Origin: an uncultured Gemmatimonadales bacterium
Lineage (GTDB): Bacteria > Gemmatimonadota > Gemmatimonadetes > Longimicrobiales > RSA9
Direction: 5' to 3'
Assembly: GCA_963708135.1 (NCBI GenBank)
Contig: OY970192.1
Span: 4,160,001 to 4,224,000, forward strand
Length of the DNA stretch: 64,000 nucleotides
The notes under the pieces are model-generated. The model did not search any database and had not been told where the DNA came from. It saw only the letters and a program-made list of their open reading frames with translations. Made by a program: the position numbers and the translations under genes. Each line of letters opens with the position of its first letter. Position 1 is the first letter of the stretch. Below, in pieces: positions 1 through 11,469 of the stretch.

Positions 1-2
1 CG

Positions 3-485
3 CTGCTGCGCTTCGTCCAGGATGGCGGGACACTGATCACGCTCGAGGAGGCGTCCCGCTACGCGATCGATCACCTGGGCGTTCCGCTCACGGACGTGGT
101 GGCTGGGCTTCCGCCGCGGGAGTTCTACATCCCGGGCTCGATCCTGAGCCTCGATCTGGTCGCGGCGGACCCGCTCACCGCGGGGATGCCGGCGCACGCG
201 GCCGCGTGGTTCGGCCGGCGCGGGATGGCGTTCGCCGTGCGGGGGGATTCGGCGCGGATTCTCGCGCGCTACGGCGCTTCCCCCACGCTGCTCTCCGGCT
301 GGGCGTTGGGAGGAGAGAAGGTGGCGGGCCAGGGCGCGCTCGTGGATGTGCCCGTCGGCAGGGGCCGCGTGGTGCTGTTCGGCTTCGAGCCCCAGTACCG
401 GGGACAGCCGATGGCGACGTTCCCGCTCCTCTTCAACGCGCTTCGCCGCTCGGTCCGGGGCGAGCCGCGGGCGTCGGGGCCGTGA
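3..485 (+). CDS. C-terminal part of an M14-family zinc carboxypeptidase-like protein (GATase-like C-terminal domain); 5' end lies outside the window
   Basis: Open frame from base 3: LLRFVQDGGTLITLE...FYIPGSIL...GRGRVVLFGFEPQYRGQPMATFPLLFNAL, typical of this family's C-terminus. Confidence 0.65.
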   Translation: MLRFVQDGGTLITLEEASRYAIDHLGVPLTDVVAGLPPREFYIPGSILSLDLVAADPLTAGMPAHAAAWFGRRGMAFAVRGDSARILARYGASPTLLSGWALGGEKVAGQGALVDVPVGRGRVVLFGFEPQYRGQPMATFPLLFNALRRSVRGEPRASGP

Positions 486-853
486 GCCGTGAGGAGGCCG
501 GGCGCCGCCGCATCCTGCTCGTCGATGACAACGCTCTGACGGCGGAGGCGACGGCCGCGGTGTTGCGCGTGGGCGGCCACAATGTGCGCGTGGCCACGCG
601 GGCCGGCGAGGCGCTGGCGGGCTTCGCTCCGGGCAGCGTGGATCTCCTGTTGACGGATCTGGGATTGCCCGATGTGGATGGCTGGCAGCTGATCGATCGG
701 CTGCGACGGATCGATCCGGCGCTCCGCGTGGGGGTGATCACGGGGCTGGAGGGGGTGTCGCGCGAGGAGGCGGAGGCGCGCGGAATCGAGCTGGTCCTTC
801 TGAAGCCGGTCCCTCCGGAGGAGCTCCTGGAACAGATCGCGGCGCTTGGCTGA
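482..853 (+). CDS. Stand-alone response regulator receiver domain protein
   Basis: RILLVDD...LLLTDLGLPDVDG...VITG...LLKP receiver motifs; GTGA overlap with upstream stop. Confidence 0.85.
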   Translation: MSREEAGRRRILLVDDNALTAEATAAVLRVGGHNVRVATRAGEALAGFAPGSVDLLLTDLGLPDVDGWQLIDRLRRIDPALRVGVITGLEGVSREEAEARGIELVLLKPVPPEELLEQIAALG

Positions 854-925
854 GAACCGGCAGCGGCCGGGGAACCATGACCGGGCGCGGCGAGTTGCGG
901 GCGGCTGCGGGACCGCTACAGCCGC

Positions 926-1696
926 TCAGGACTTCGAGAGGAACGCCTTCGCCTCCTGCTCGTAGCCGGGGAGCACCTGCGCGTGGTCCCTGTACTCGGG
1001 CAGGTCCTTCGACCGCTGCGCCGCGTAGACGTCCACGAGGTGCTGGTAGTACCCGCGGGCGGCATCCCGCTGCCCCTGCGCCAGGGCGGCTTCGGCCGCC
1101 GCTCCGAGCGCGAGGATGTTGTCGGGGGCGCCGGCGAGGACCTTCTCGGCGGTCGCACGGGCGGCCGCCGCGTCGCCCTGCATGTTCTGGAGCAGGCTGA
1201 GGTGATAGAGCCCATCGTCGTCGAGGGGCTCCGCCATCTGGTATGCCTGGATGCCCATCGGCAGGAAGAAGGCGGCGCGGGACGAGTCTCCGGACTCCTT
1301 GAGCTGCATGATGTGGTTGAAGAGTCGGTCCGCCTGCTCGCGGGGCGAGCCGGTGAGCGGGGGCGGTGTCCCCTCCGCGGCGCCACCCGTCCCGGGCGCG
1401 CCCATGTCCCCGACTTCGGGCGCCGGCATTGCGGAAGCGACAGGGGCGGCGCCGGAACCAGCGCGCGAGCGGGAGGCGGGGAGCGTCAGGACGACGATCA
1501 GCGCCACCAGCGCAGCGCCGGTGATATACCAGGGGAGGTTCGAGCCCTGGCGCCTGAGCGGCTCGCCGCAGCTCGTGCAGAAGCGGGCGCCCGGCACCAC
1601 CGGCCCCTTGCATGCAGGGCACGTCGCCTTCAGCGGCGTGCCGCACTCCGGGCAGTATGCGCCGGAGGATTCCGTCTGGCAGGAAGGACAGATCAT
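926..1696 (-). CDS. Double zinc-ribbon membrane protein with TPR-like C-terminus
   Basis: CPSC, CPECG, CPAC, CTSCG motifs; one hydrophobic helix; helical repeat-like C-terminal domain. Confidence 0.75.
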   Translation of the reverse strand: MICPSCQTESSGAYCPECGTPLKATCPACKGPVVPGARFCTSCGEPLRRQGSNLPWYITGAALVALIVVLTLPASRSRAGSGAAPVASAMPAPEVGDMGAPGTGGAAEGTPPPLTGSPREQADRLFNHIMQLKESGDSSRAAFFLPMGIQAYQMAEPLDDDGLYHLSLLQNMQGDAAAARATAEKVLAGAPDNILALGAAAEAALAQGQRDAARGYYQHLVDVYAAQRSKDLPEYRDHAQVLPGYEQEAKAFLSKS

Positions 1697-1789
1697 AGGG
1701 GTGGAAGCTTAACCGGGCGCGCAGGTTGCGTCCAGTGCGGATCGGGCGCGGGCGTGGCCGGCGCACCGGGCCTCCCGTATCTTCCGGCG

Positions 1790-2821
1790 ATGCGGGTGTT
1801 CCTTACGGGCGGCACCGGTCTGCTGGGCTCCCACGTGGCGGAGCACCTGCGCGCGCGCGGCCACACGGTCGTGGCGCTGGTCCGCCCCACCAGCCGGACC
1901 GAACACCTCCGGCGCGTAGGCGCGGAGCTCGTGACGGGCGACCTCACAGACCCGGAGCCGGCGCTCGCCCGGGCGGCGGGAGGGTGCGACGCCACGATCC
2001 ACGCGGCCGCGCTGCTCTACCGCAGGGACGCGACGGAGGTGGACTACCAGGCGGTGAACGTGGATGCGACGGAGCGGCTGCTCCGCGCCGCCGGCGCCGC
2101 GGGCGCGCGACGCGCGGTCCTGGTGTCCAGCACGGCGGTCTACGGGGCCGGCGAGCCCGGCGAGCTCCACACGGAGGACTCCTGGTTACGGCACCCGCCG
2201 CCGGCTCGAGTTCAGTATGCGCGCTCCAAGCGGGAGGGCGAGCAGGCGGCGTGGCGGCTGCACGGGGCGGGAGTCGTCCGGCTCAGCACGGTGCGGCCGG
2301 GTGTGCTGTACGGTGAGCGCGACCGCTGGTTCACGGCGGCGCTGGCGCGCACCGTTGGCTGGCCCGCCGTGCCGCTGCCCGCCGGCGGACGATGCACGGT
2401 CCCCGTGGTGTACGCCGGCAACGCTGCGGTGGGCGTGGTCGCGGCGCTGGAGCGGGAGGAGGCGGTGGGAGAGGCATACAACCTGTCCGAGGATGCGCCG
2501 TTGACGGTTCGCGCACTGATCGAGAACTTCGCCCGCGGGCTGAGCCGCAGGCCCGTGCTGGTGGCGGTGCCGGGCTGGGCGGTGCTCGCTGTGGCGGCGG
2601 TCGGAGACGGGATCCTTCGCCTCCTCCCGGCGGCGCGCGGCGCGGATGCGGATCTTCGGCGCGCGGCGCGACGGCTCCTCGAGGACAACGCGTATCCGGC
2701 GGAGAAGGCGCGCCGCGCGCTGGACTGGGGAGCGCGGGTTCCGCCGGCCCTGGCGCTCGAGCGGACGGCGCGGTGGTGGCTGGGGATGCACGCGGGCGCG
2801 GAGGAGGTTGGCCAGAGATGA
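1790..2821 (+). CDS. NAD-dependent epimerase/dehydratase (extended SDR)
   Basis: MRVFLTGGTGLLG Rossmann motif, HAAA, VSSTAVYG, YARSK (YxxxK). Confidence 0.9.
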   Translation: MRVFLTGGTGLLGSHVAEHLRARGHTVVALVRPTSRTEHLRRVGAELVTGDLTDPEPALARAAGGCDATIHAAALLYRRDATEVDYQAVNVDATERLLRAAGAAGARRAVLVSSTAVYGAGEPGELHTEDSWLRHPPPARVQYARSKREGEQAAWRLHGAGVVRLSTVRPGVLYGERDRWFTAALARTVGWPAVPLPAGGRCTVPVVYAGNAAVGVVAALEREEAVGEAYNLSEDAPLTVRALIENFARGLSRRPVLVAVPGWAVLAVAAVGDGILRLLPAARGADADLRRAARRLLEDNAYPAEKARRALDWGARVPPALALERTARWWLGMHAGAEEVGQR

Positions 2822-3718
2822 GCGAGCGGGATCGGGGCAAGGGCGAGGTGGTCTTCGAGGCGGAGCCTGAGGAGGTCAAGGCGCTCAAGCCGCCGCCTGG
2901 CCGGCGCACGGAGGACGAGCAGCTGCTGGCGGGGCGTGCCGGGCAGCCGCCCACCGCGCAGGACTACACGAAGGATGCGTGGCGGGTGTTCCGGATCATG
3001 GGCGAGTTCGTGGAAGGCTTCGACACGCTGGTGGCGATCGGCCCGGCCGTCACGGTGTTCGGCAGCGCGCGCACGCTGCCCGACGATCCGATCTACGCGG
3101 CGGCGGAGGAGACGGCGCGGCTGCTGGCGCAGGAAGGCTTCGCGGTGATCACGGGAGGTGGTCCCGGGATCATGGAGGCGGCGAACAAGGGTGCCTACGA
3201 GGCCGGCGGCGAATCGGTGGGGTGCAACATCGAGCTGCCGTTCGAGCAGGGGATGAACGCGTACGTCGAGACCGCGATCAACTTCCGGTACTTCTTCGTG
3301 CGGAAGACGATGTTCGTGAAGTACGCGGAAGCGTTCGTGATCTTTCCGGGCGGCTTCGGCACGATGGATGAGCTCTTCGAGGCGCTCACGCTGATCCAGA
3401 CCGGCAAGGTCCGCAACTTCCCGGTGATCCTCTTCGGCAGTGCGTACTGGGGTGGGCTGTTGGGGTGGCTGAAGAACTCGATGATGGCGGAGGGCAAGAT
3501 CGCGCCGGAGGACCTGAAGCTGCTGATCGTGACCGATTCGCCGGAAGAGGCGGCGCGGCACGTGGTGGACTGCTACGACCGTCTCTGCTTCGAGGCCGCG
3601 CAGGCGTCGGAGGGCGCGCGGGAGGAGGCCGCGCGGGAAGGACGGCTGCGGCACAACCGCGGGGGGTTCAAGCCGCCGGTCCCGCCGACGCGGGTGCCGG
3701 TGAACCAACGGGAGAGCA

Positions 3719-3729
<11 letters not shown>
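2818..3729 (+). CDS. LOG-family protein (TIGR00730 type)
   Basis: [47 protein letters not shown]. Confidence 0.92.
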
Positions 3730-4861
<1,132 letters not shown>

Positions 4862-4868
4862 GAGAGGG

Positions 4869-5777
4869 GTGAGGGTCGCGATCACCGGCTCGACGGGCCT
4901 GATCGGCTCGGCGTTCCGCCGCGTCTGGGAGGCGGCCGGCCACGACATCACGGCCGTTGTGCGCCACCGCCGTCCGGCGGACGCGCGCCGGTCGATCGAA
5001 TGGCGTCCCTCGGAGGGCACGATCGACGCGGCCGGTCTCGAAGGGCACGAGACGGTCGTCCACCTCGCCGGCGAGAGCATCTTCGGGCTGTGGACCGCGG
5101 CCAGGCGCCGGCGGATCCTGGTGAGCCGAACGCGGGGCACGCGGCTTCTCGCCGAGGCGCTCGCCCGGCTCCAACGCCCCCCCTCACTGCTGCTCTCCGC
5201 CTCCGCGTTCCATTACTACGCCGAAGGAGAGGGCGGCCCGGAGGTGGACGAGACGTCCCCGCCCGGCCGGGGGTTCCTCGCGCAGGTGACACAGGAGTGG
5301 GAGGCCGCCACGGCGCCCGCCGAAGCGGCGGGGATTCGCGTCGTGCACATGCGGTTCGGACTCGTGCTCAGCCGCCGCGGGGGAGCCCTCGCCGCGATGC
5401 TGCCGGTGTTCCGGCTCGGGCTGGGCGGCCCGGTCGGCGGCGGGCGCCAGGTCTGGAGCTGGATCGTGCTGGACGAGATCGCATGGGCGGCCCTGCACCT
5501 GGTCGGGAAGGAGGCCGTCCGCGGCCCGGTGAACTTCGTCACCCCCAATCCGGTCACGAACCGGGAGTTCACGCATACGCTGGGGCGCGTGGTGCACCGG
5601 CCGACGCCGCTCGCGGCGCCCGCCTTCGCCGTGAAGCTGGCGGCGGGCCAGATGGGCGAGGAGCTGCTGCTGATGGGCGCCCGCGTGCGCCCGCACAAGC
5701 TGCTCGAGAGCGGATACTCCTTCCGCTGGCCGGACCTCGAGCTCGCGTTGAGGGATGCCGTGGCCGGCAAGGTCTAG
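4869..5777 (+). CDS. TIGR01777-family NAD(P)-binding oxidoreductase
   Basis: VAITGSTGLIG, VVHLAGESI, RFGLVLS..GGAL, FRLGLGG..GGGRQ.WSWI. Confidence 0.9.
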   Translation: MRVAITGSTGLIGSAFRRVWEAAGHDITAVVRHRRPADARRSIEWRPSEGTIDAAGLEGHETVVHLAGESIFGLWTAARRRRILVSRTRGTRLLAEALARLQRPPSLLLSASAFHYYAEGEGGPEVDETSPPGRGFLAQVTQEWEAATAPAEAAGIRVVHMRFGLVLSRRGGALAAMLPVFRLGLGGPVGGGRQVWSWIVLDEIAWAALHLVGKEAVRGPVNFVTPNPVTNREFTHTLGRVVHRPTPLAAPAFAVKLAAGQMGEELLLMGARVRPHKLLESGYSFRWPDLELALRDAVAGKV

Positions 5778-5892
5778 GGACGCAGGGCCGGGGCGCACCG
5801 GAGGCGGGGCGCGGGCCGGGATGGCACGCGCATCGCATGAAAGCCACCCGGCTCGTTTCTCCCTCGGTTCCCTGGCTCCCGGAGGCCCCAGC

Positions 5893-6186
5893 ATGCTCAC
5901 GAAGCGCAACTTCAAGAAGGAGAAGAAGGTGAAGGTCACGTTCGCCCTGCCGGCGGGCACGGCACGCGATCACGCCCACGTGGTCGGCGACTTCAACGAC
6001 TGGCAGGCAGCCACCCCGATGAAGAGGCAGAAGGACGGCAGCCTGCGGGTGACGGTGGACCTGGAGCCGGGGGAGGCCTACCAGTTCCGCTACCTGATCG
6101 ACGGCGACAACTGGATGAACGATCCGGACGCGGATGCCTACGTGGACAACCCGTTCGGCTCGCAGAACTGCGTGCTGCGCACGTGA
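5893..6186 (+). CDS. Isoamylase early-set (CBM48-like) domain protein
   Basis: KVTFALP, VVGDFNDW, YQFRYLIDG..WMNDPDAD.YVDNPFGS; GGAGG RBS upstream. Confidence 0.88.
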   Translation: MLTKRNFKKEKKVKVTFALPAGTARDHAHVVGDFNDWQAATPMKRQKDGSLRVTVDLEPGEAYQFRYLIDGDNWMNDPDADAYVDNPFGSQNCVLRT

Positions 6187-6218
6187 TTTCCCAGCCGGCC
6201 GGCCGCCCCCGGGTGTCG

Positions 6219-6247
6219 TTGCAGGGGGTTTCGGGGCGGTGTATCTT
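6219..6247 (+). promoter_or_regulatory. Putative sigma70-type promoter for lipA
   Basis: TTGCAG-N17-TATCTT upstream of lipA. Confidence 0.5.
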
Positions 6248-6344
6248 GTGGGGCTCGGGCAGATAGCGGATTCGGGCGCCCGCCGGCGCGAACGGTGGAC
6301 CGGCGCGGCCGGCCCGGGTGGGCGGTCCAGACGCGAGGAACGCG

Positions 6345-7445
6345 ATGGCTGGGAACGGCGATGCGGCGCGAGGCTACGCGCCGCACGGCAAGGATACAGG
6401 GATCGTGAAGTCGAAGGGGACGGCGCGGCTGCCGATCCTCGAGGGTGAGGCACTGCCGCTCACGACGCGCAAGCCGCAGTGGCTGCGCGTCCGCTCGCCC
6501 GGCGGGCCGAACTACCTGCGGCTCAAGAGGCTCATGCGAGGTCAGCGCCTCCACTCCGTGTGCGAGGAGGCGGGCTGCCCGAACATCGGCGAATGCTGGG
6601 AGGCGGGAACGGCGACGTTCCTGATCCTTGGGGATGTGTGCACGCGGGCGTGCAAGTACTGCGCGATCGCGCATGGCATGCCGACGGAGCTGGACTGGGA
6701 CGAGCCGAGGCGGGTGGCGGAGGCGGTGGCGGCGCTGGAGCTCGCGCACGTCGTGGTCACGAGCGTGAACCGCGACGAGCTGGCCGACGGCGGCGCGGCA
6801 GTGTTCGCGGCGCTGATCGAGCAGACGCGGGAAGTGCGTCCCGAATGCACGATCGAGGTGCTGATCCCGGACTTCAAGGGGGATGAGGCGGCGCTCGAGA
6901 CGGTGGTTCGCGCGCGGCCGGACATCCTGGCGCACAACCTCGAGACGGTGGAGCGGCTGCACCCCTGGGCGCGGCCGGGTGGACGGTACTGGCGGAGCAT
7001 CTCGCTGCTCGGCGCGGCCAAGCGAATGGACCCGGGCATGCTCACGAAGTCGGGGCTCATGCTGGGGCTGGGCGAGGCGCGGGAGGAGATCCGGCGGGCG
7101 ATGGCGGACCTGCGCAAGGCGTCGGTGGACATCCTGACGGTGGGGCAGTATCTGCGCCCGTCCAGCCACCACGCTCCGGTGGCGCGCTTCGTCACGCCCG
7201 AGGAGTTCGGGGAGTGGAAGCGGGTGGGGGAGGCGGAGCTGGGCTACCGTCACGTGGAGTCGGGGGCGCTGGTCCGCTCGAGCTACCATGCCGAGAGGCA
7301 GGCGCGCACCGTGCAGGCGGGCGGGGTCGGGGAGATCGCCGAGATCCTCGAGGCCGACATCCCCGCGCCCGCCGAGATCGTGAACGCGGCAGAGGCTCGC
7401 GGGCTCGTCCAGCTGGAGGATCGGCGCGAAGCGGCGGGCGGCTAG
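6345..7445 (+). CDS. lipA: Lipoyl synthase
   Basis: RKPQWLRV, CEEAGCPNIGEC (CX4CX5C), CTRACKYC radical-SAM motif, LVRSSYHA. Confidence 0.97.
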   Translation: MAGNGDAARGYAPHGKDTGIVKSKGTARLPILEGEALPLTTRKPQWLRVRSPGGPNYLRLKRLMRGQRLHSVCEEAGCPNIGECWEAGTATFLILGDVCTRACKYCAIAHGMPTELDWDEPRRVAEAVAALELAHVVVTSVNRDELADGGAAVFAALIEQTREVRPECTIEVLIPDFKGDEAALETVVRARPDILAHNLETVERLHPWARPGGRYWRSISLLGAAKRMDPGMLTKSGLMLGLGEAREEIRRAMADLRKASVDILTVGQYLRPSSHHAPVARFVTPEEFGEWKRVGEAELGYRHVESGALVRSSYHAERQARTVQAGGVGEIAEILEADIPAPAEIVNAAEARGLVQLEDRREAAGG

Positions 7446-7597
7446 GCGAAGCATCGAGACGGCCGTTCCCATCCGGAGCGGGCGAGCGGGGAGAGCCGGG
7501 GACGGCTCCCCGCCCTCCCGCTTCTTGTTGGCGGATGCAGTGCTCGAAGAGGGCGAGACGAACCGGCGGCGGGCGCGTCGCCGACAGGGAGTGCCCC

Positions 7598-8683
7598 ATG
7601 GCGGATGCGAAGACCACCACGAAGAAGACGCAGGCGACGGCCAGCGGCAACGGCCGGCAGCTCGGGGGGCTGGATGAGGAGGCCCTGCTGGAGCTGCTCC
7701 GGAAGATGCTGCTCGGGCGCCGATTCGAGGAGAAGAGCGCCGAGTCGTACGCGCTCGGCAAGATCGGCGGGTTCTGCCACCTCTACATCGGGCAGGAGGC
7801 GGTGGCGGTGGGCGCGCTGAGCGTGCTGCGGCCGGACGACTACGTGATCACGGCATACCGTGAGCACGTGCAGGCGCTGGTGAAGGGAGTGCCCCCGAAG
7901 GCGGTGCTGGCGGAGCTGTACGGGCGGGTGGACGGCACATCCCACGGCAAGGGCGGCTCGATGCACATCTACAGCGCCGAGCACAATTTCATGGGCGGGT
8001 GGGGGATCGTGGGCGGGCAGATCCCGATGGCGACCGGCATCGGCTGGGGCATCAAGTACCGGGAGGAGGACCGGGTCTGCCTGTGCTTCCTGGGGGAGGC
8101 GGCGGTGAACCAGGGCGCGTTCCACGAGTCGCTCAACATGGCGGCGCTGTGGAAGCTGCCGGTGATCTACATCGTGGAGAACAACCGCTTCGGGATGGGC
8201 ACGGCCTGGGAGCGGGCATCGTCGCTGTACGACATCGCGCAGAAGGCGCACGCCTACGACATGCCGTCCTCGGTAGCCGACGGCATGGACGTGTTCGACA
8301 TGCGGGCGAAGGTGCAGGAGGCGGTCGGGCGGGCGCGCTCCGACTCGACGCCGACGCTGATCGAGGCGCGCTGCTACCGCTTCATGGGACATTCGATGTC
8401 GGATCCGGTGAGCGGCGTGTACCGGACGAAGCAGGAGGTGGAGGAGGCGAAGAAGAAGGATCCGATCCGGATCTTCATCGACCGGGTGAAGGATGGGGGG
8501 ATGCTGTCGGACGAGACGCTGCAGGGAATCGACGAGGCGGTGAAGCGGGAGGTGGAGGAGGCGGCCGAGTTCGCCGACCAGTCGCCCGAGCCGTCGGCGG
8601 AGGACCTGTACAAGGACGTGTACGCGGAGCTGAACGAGCACGGCCGCCTCTTCTTCGACCGGCAGGACCGGGTGGAGGGCTAG
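7598..8683 (+). CDS. pdhA: Pyruvate dehydrogenase E1 alpha subunit
   Basis: GKIGGFCHLYIGQEA, GKGGSMH, GEAAVNQGAFHESLN TPP-binding region, YRFMGHSMSDP. Confidence 0.95.
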   Translation: MADAKTTTKKTQATASGNGRQLGGLDEEALLELLRKMLLGRRFEEKSAESYALGKIGGFCHLYIGQEAVAVGALSVLRPDDYVITAYREHVQALVKGVPPKAVLAELYGRVDGTSHGKGGSMHIYSAEHNFMGGWGIVGGQIPMATGIGWGIKYREEDRVCLCFLGEAAVNQGAFHESLNMAALWKLPVIYIVENNRFGMGTAWERASSLYDIAQKAHAYDMPSSVADGMDVFDMRAKVQEAVGRARSDSTPTLIEARCYRFMGHSMSDPVSGVYRTKQEVEEAKKKDPIRIFIDRVKDGGMLSDETLQGIDEAVKREVEEAAEFADQSPEPSAEDLYKDVYAELNEHGRLFFDRQDRVEG

Positions 8684-8686
8684 CCG

Positions 8687-9670
8687 ATGTCCACGATCAC
8701 GTACCGCGAGGCGCTCAACGCCGCGCTGGACGAGGAAATGGCGCGCGATCCCGATGTCTTCCTGATGGGCGAGGAGGTCGGGATGTACAACGGCGCCTAC
8801 AAGGTCTCGAAAGGGCTCCTCGAGAAGTACGGTGAGAGACGGGTGGTAGACACGCCGATCACGGAGCTCGGCTTCACCGGGCTCGGCGTGGGCGCGGCGA
8901 TGGTGGGGCTGCGCCCGGTCATCGAGTTCATGACCTTCAACTTCTCGCTCCTGGCCACCGACCAGGTGTTCAACAGCGCGGCCAAGCTGCACTACATGAC
9001 GGCGGGGCAGTTCAGTTGCCCGATCGTCTTCCGCGGCCCGACCGGCGCCGCGCTGCAGCTCTCCGCCCAGCACTCGCAGGCGCTGGAGTCGATGTACGCG
9101 CACTTCCCCGGCCTGAAGATCGTCACGCCGGCGACCCCGGCGGACGCGAAGGGGCTGCTCAAGGCGGCGATCCGGGACGACGACCCCGTCGCCTTCTTCG
9201 AGGGCGAGCTGCTCTACGCGCTGAAGGGGGAGGTCCCCGATGACGACGACTACGTGGTGCCGCTCGGTGTGGCCGACGTGAAGCGGGAGGGCGGCGACGT
9301 CAGCATCATCACGCACGGCAAGATGGTACATGTGGCGTTGCAGGCCGCGGCGCGGCTCGAGCGCGATGGCGTCTCGGCCGAGGTGCTGGACCTGCGCTCG
9401 CTACGCCCGCTGGACGTGGCGGCGATCCGCGCGACGATCTCCAGGACGAACCGCGCGATCTACCTGGAGGAGGGCTGGCCTTACATGGGCGTGGGCGGCT
9501 CGATCGCGAGCATCATCCAGGAGGAGAGCTTCGACGACCTGGACGCGCCGGTGCTGCGGGTGACCCAGGCCGACGTGCCGATGCCGTACAGCAGGAACCT
9601 GGAGAAGCTGGCGAAGCCGTCGGTGGAGCGGGTGGTGGAGGCGTGTAACAGGGTGATGTACAGGGATTAG
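8687..9670 (+). CDS. pdhB: Pyruvate dehydrogenase E1 beta subunit
   Basis: ITYREAL, GEEVG.YNGAYKVSKGL, DTPITE.GF, EFMTFNFS, AQHSQ. Confidence 0.95.
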   Translation: MSTITYREALNAALDEEMARDPDVFLMGEEVGMYNGAYKVSKGLLEKYGERRVVDTPITELGFTGLGVGAAMVGLRPVIEFMTFNFSLLATDQVFNSAAKLHYMTAGQFSCPIVFRGPTGAALQLSAQHSQALESMYAHFPGLKIVTPATPADAKGLLKAAIRDDDPVAFFEGELLYALKGEVPDDDDYVVPLGVADVKREGGDVSIITHGKMVHVALQAAARLERDGVSAEVLDLRSLRPLDVAAIRATISRTNRAIYLEEGWPYMGVGGSIASIIQEESFDDLDAPVLRVTQADVPMPYSRNLEKLAKPSVERVVEACNRVMYRD

Positions 9671-9721
9671 GGGATCCTGAATCCCTGGTCCGGCCCGTGG
9701 TCCCCGGAACACGAGGTGAGG

Positions 9722-11149
9722 ATGGCGACGAAGGTCCACATGGAGGCGCTTTCCCCGACCATGGAGGAGGGGCAGCTGGTCCGCTGGCTGAAGCAGGAGG
9801 GGGACCAGGTGGCGGAGGGCGACGTTCTGGCGGAGATCGAGACCGACAAGGCCACCATGGAGCTGGTGGCGCGAGGCGCGGGGGTGCTCCGGAAGCAGCT
9901 GTTGCCGGAGGGCGCGAGCGCGCCCGTGGGCGCGGTGATCGGCGTCGTCGCGGGGGCGGACGAGGACATCTCCAGCATCCTTGCAGAGGCGCCGACGAGC
10001 GCCGGGCAGCCGGCCCATGGCGGGGAGTCGGAGGCGGCGCCGGAATTGGCCGCGGCGGCGGCGGTATCGGCGGCCGGTGAGTCGGAGCGGGACGAGGCGG
10101 CCGCCGGCGTCCAGGCTGCCGTGCAGGCGCCGAGCCGCCCCGCCACACCGACTCCCCCGTCCGCTCCCGCCGGACGTGCATCCACGCCGGCGAGCGGCGG
10201 CGAGGCCACGGGGAACGGGGCAGAGCGCGGCGGCCGGGTAAAGGCTTCGCCGCTCGCGCGGCGACTAGCCGCCGAGGCGGGGCTCGAGTTGAACTCGGTG
10301 CGTGGCACGGGTCCGGGCGGGAGGATCACGAAGCGCGACATCGAGGGCGCGCGCGAGCGGGCGCCGCAGCGCGGGGCGGCCGCGCCCGCGGCGGCGGCAG
10401 CGCGTGGCGCAGCGCCCGCGGCCGCGGCCGCCCCGGCGCTCCGCGAGGCGAGCGAGCGGCCGGAGGTCGAGGAGGTCCCGGTCAGCCAGATGCGGAAGAC
10501 GATCGCGAAGCGGCTCGTCACCTCGATCGGGCCGGTGCCCACCTTCTACCTCACCGTCGAAGTGGACATGGGGCACATGAGCGAGGCGCGGGCGCGGATC
10601 AACGACCGACTGGCGGCGAGCGGCCAGAAGGTCTCCATCAACGACCTCCTGATTCGCGCAACGGCCGAGGCGCTGCGGCGGCACCCCGAGGTGAACGCGG
10701 CCTGGGGCGAGACCGTGATCCGCCGCTACGGCCGCGTGCACATCGGAATGGCGGTGGCGGTCGAGGACGGGCTCATCACACCCGTCATCCGGGATGCCGA
10801 CCGCAAGGGCGTGGCCCAGATCGCCCGGGAGGCGCGCGAGCTGGCGGCGCGGGCGCGCGACCGGAAGCTCACCCCCGAGGAATACACGGGCGCGACCTTC
10901 TCGATCTCGAATCTCGGGATGCTCGACATCGATGAGTTCACCGCGATCATCAACCCGCCCGAGGCTGCCATCCTGGCCGTCGGACGGGTGGAGGAGAAGC
11001 CGGTCGTCGTGGACGGGCAGGTGGTGCCGGGCAAGCGCATGCGCATGACCATGAGCTGCGATCACCGCGTGGTCAACGGCGCCACCGGCGCGCGCTTCCT
11101 CCAGACGCTGCGCGCGTTCCTTGAGGAGCCGACAATGATGCTGGTATAG
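9722..11149 (+). CDS. pdhC: Dihydrolipoamide acetyltransferase (E2)
   Basis: Lipoyl domain IETDKA, E3-binding [21 protein letters not shown], catalytic DHRVVNG. Confidence 0.95.
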   Translation: MATKVHMEALSPTMEEGQLVRWLKQEGDQVAEGDVLAEIETDKATMELVARGAGVLRKQLLPEGASAPVGAVIGVVAGADEDISSILAEAPTSAGQPAHGGESEAAPELAAAAAVSAAGESERDEAAAGVQAAVQAPSRPATPTPPSAPAGRASTPASGGEATGNGAERGGRVKASPLARRLAAEAGLELNSVRGTGPGGRITKRDIEGARERAPQRGAAAPAAAAARGAAPAAAAAPALREASERPEVEEVPVSQMRKTIAKRLVTSIGPVPTFYLTVEVDMGHMSEARARINDRLAASGQKVSINDLLIRATAEALRRHPEVNAAWGETVIRRYGRVHIGMAVAVEDGLITPVIRDADRKGVAQIAREARELAARARDRKLTPEEYTGATFSISNLGMLDIDEFTAIINPPEAAILAVGRVEEKPVVVDGQVVPGKRMRMTMSCDHRVVNGATGARFLQTLRAFLEEPTMMLV

Positions 11150-11167
11150 GCGAAGCGAGCAGGTCCT

Positions 11168-11463
11168 GGATGCAAGAACCCCCGCCGCCAGCCGAAGCCG
11201 GACGTCGGGGGTTCTTGCCACTGGCGAGGCTCGGGTCCGCTGAGGTTCGGGGCCACGCCGCGAGGCGTGCCCGGATCCCGTGTCTCTCTGCCCAGCACCG
11301 CGCGGTCTGCGGGTGGGGCGCCCCTGGCCGGGGGCAAACGGCTGCGGCCAGTAACCTCGCAGCCGACTCGCCGGGTCCGAACGTCCGACGAGCATGTCTC
11401 GCGAAAAGCGTCCCTTTCGGAGACGACGTCCCTGGCCGCGAAGACCGCCGGCCGTTGACGTCT
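11168..11463 (-). ncRNA. Candidate ~300-nt structured non-coding RNA, family not recognised
   Basis: Upstream TTGACG-N17-TATCCT promoter, several stems with GAAA and UUCG tetraloops on the minus strand, a terminal hairpin, and no convincing short ORF. Confidence 0.55.
11172..11218 (-). terminator. Strong hairpin (13-bp outer stem, inner cUUCGg tetraloop on minus strand); may terminate in both directions
   Basis: GCAAGAACCCCCG (11172-11184) pairs with CGGGGGTTCTTGC (11206-11218). The inner stem has a G-U pair only on the minus strand. Confidence 0.65.
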
Positions 11464-11469
11464 GCGACA

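Noticed and set aside
1709..1734. TTAAC...CGTCCA as a third ECF promoter
   Set aside because: Spacer is 15 nt rather than 17, and a sigma70-type -10 box already explains the downstream gene.
11217..11430. Cobalamin (GCCACTG), c-di-GMP-I (GGCAAAC, GAAAGGGACGC) or tmRNA (GGGGGC start) identity for the structured region
   Set aside because: Only isolated fragments match, on inconsistent strands, and the other required motifs are missing.
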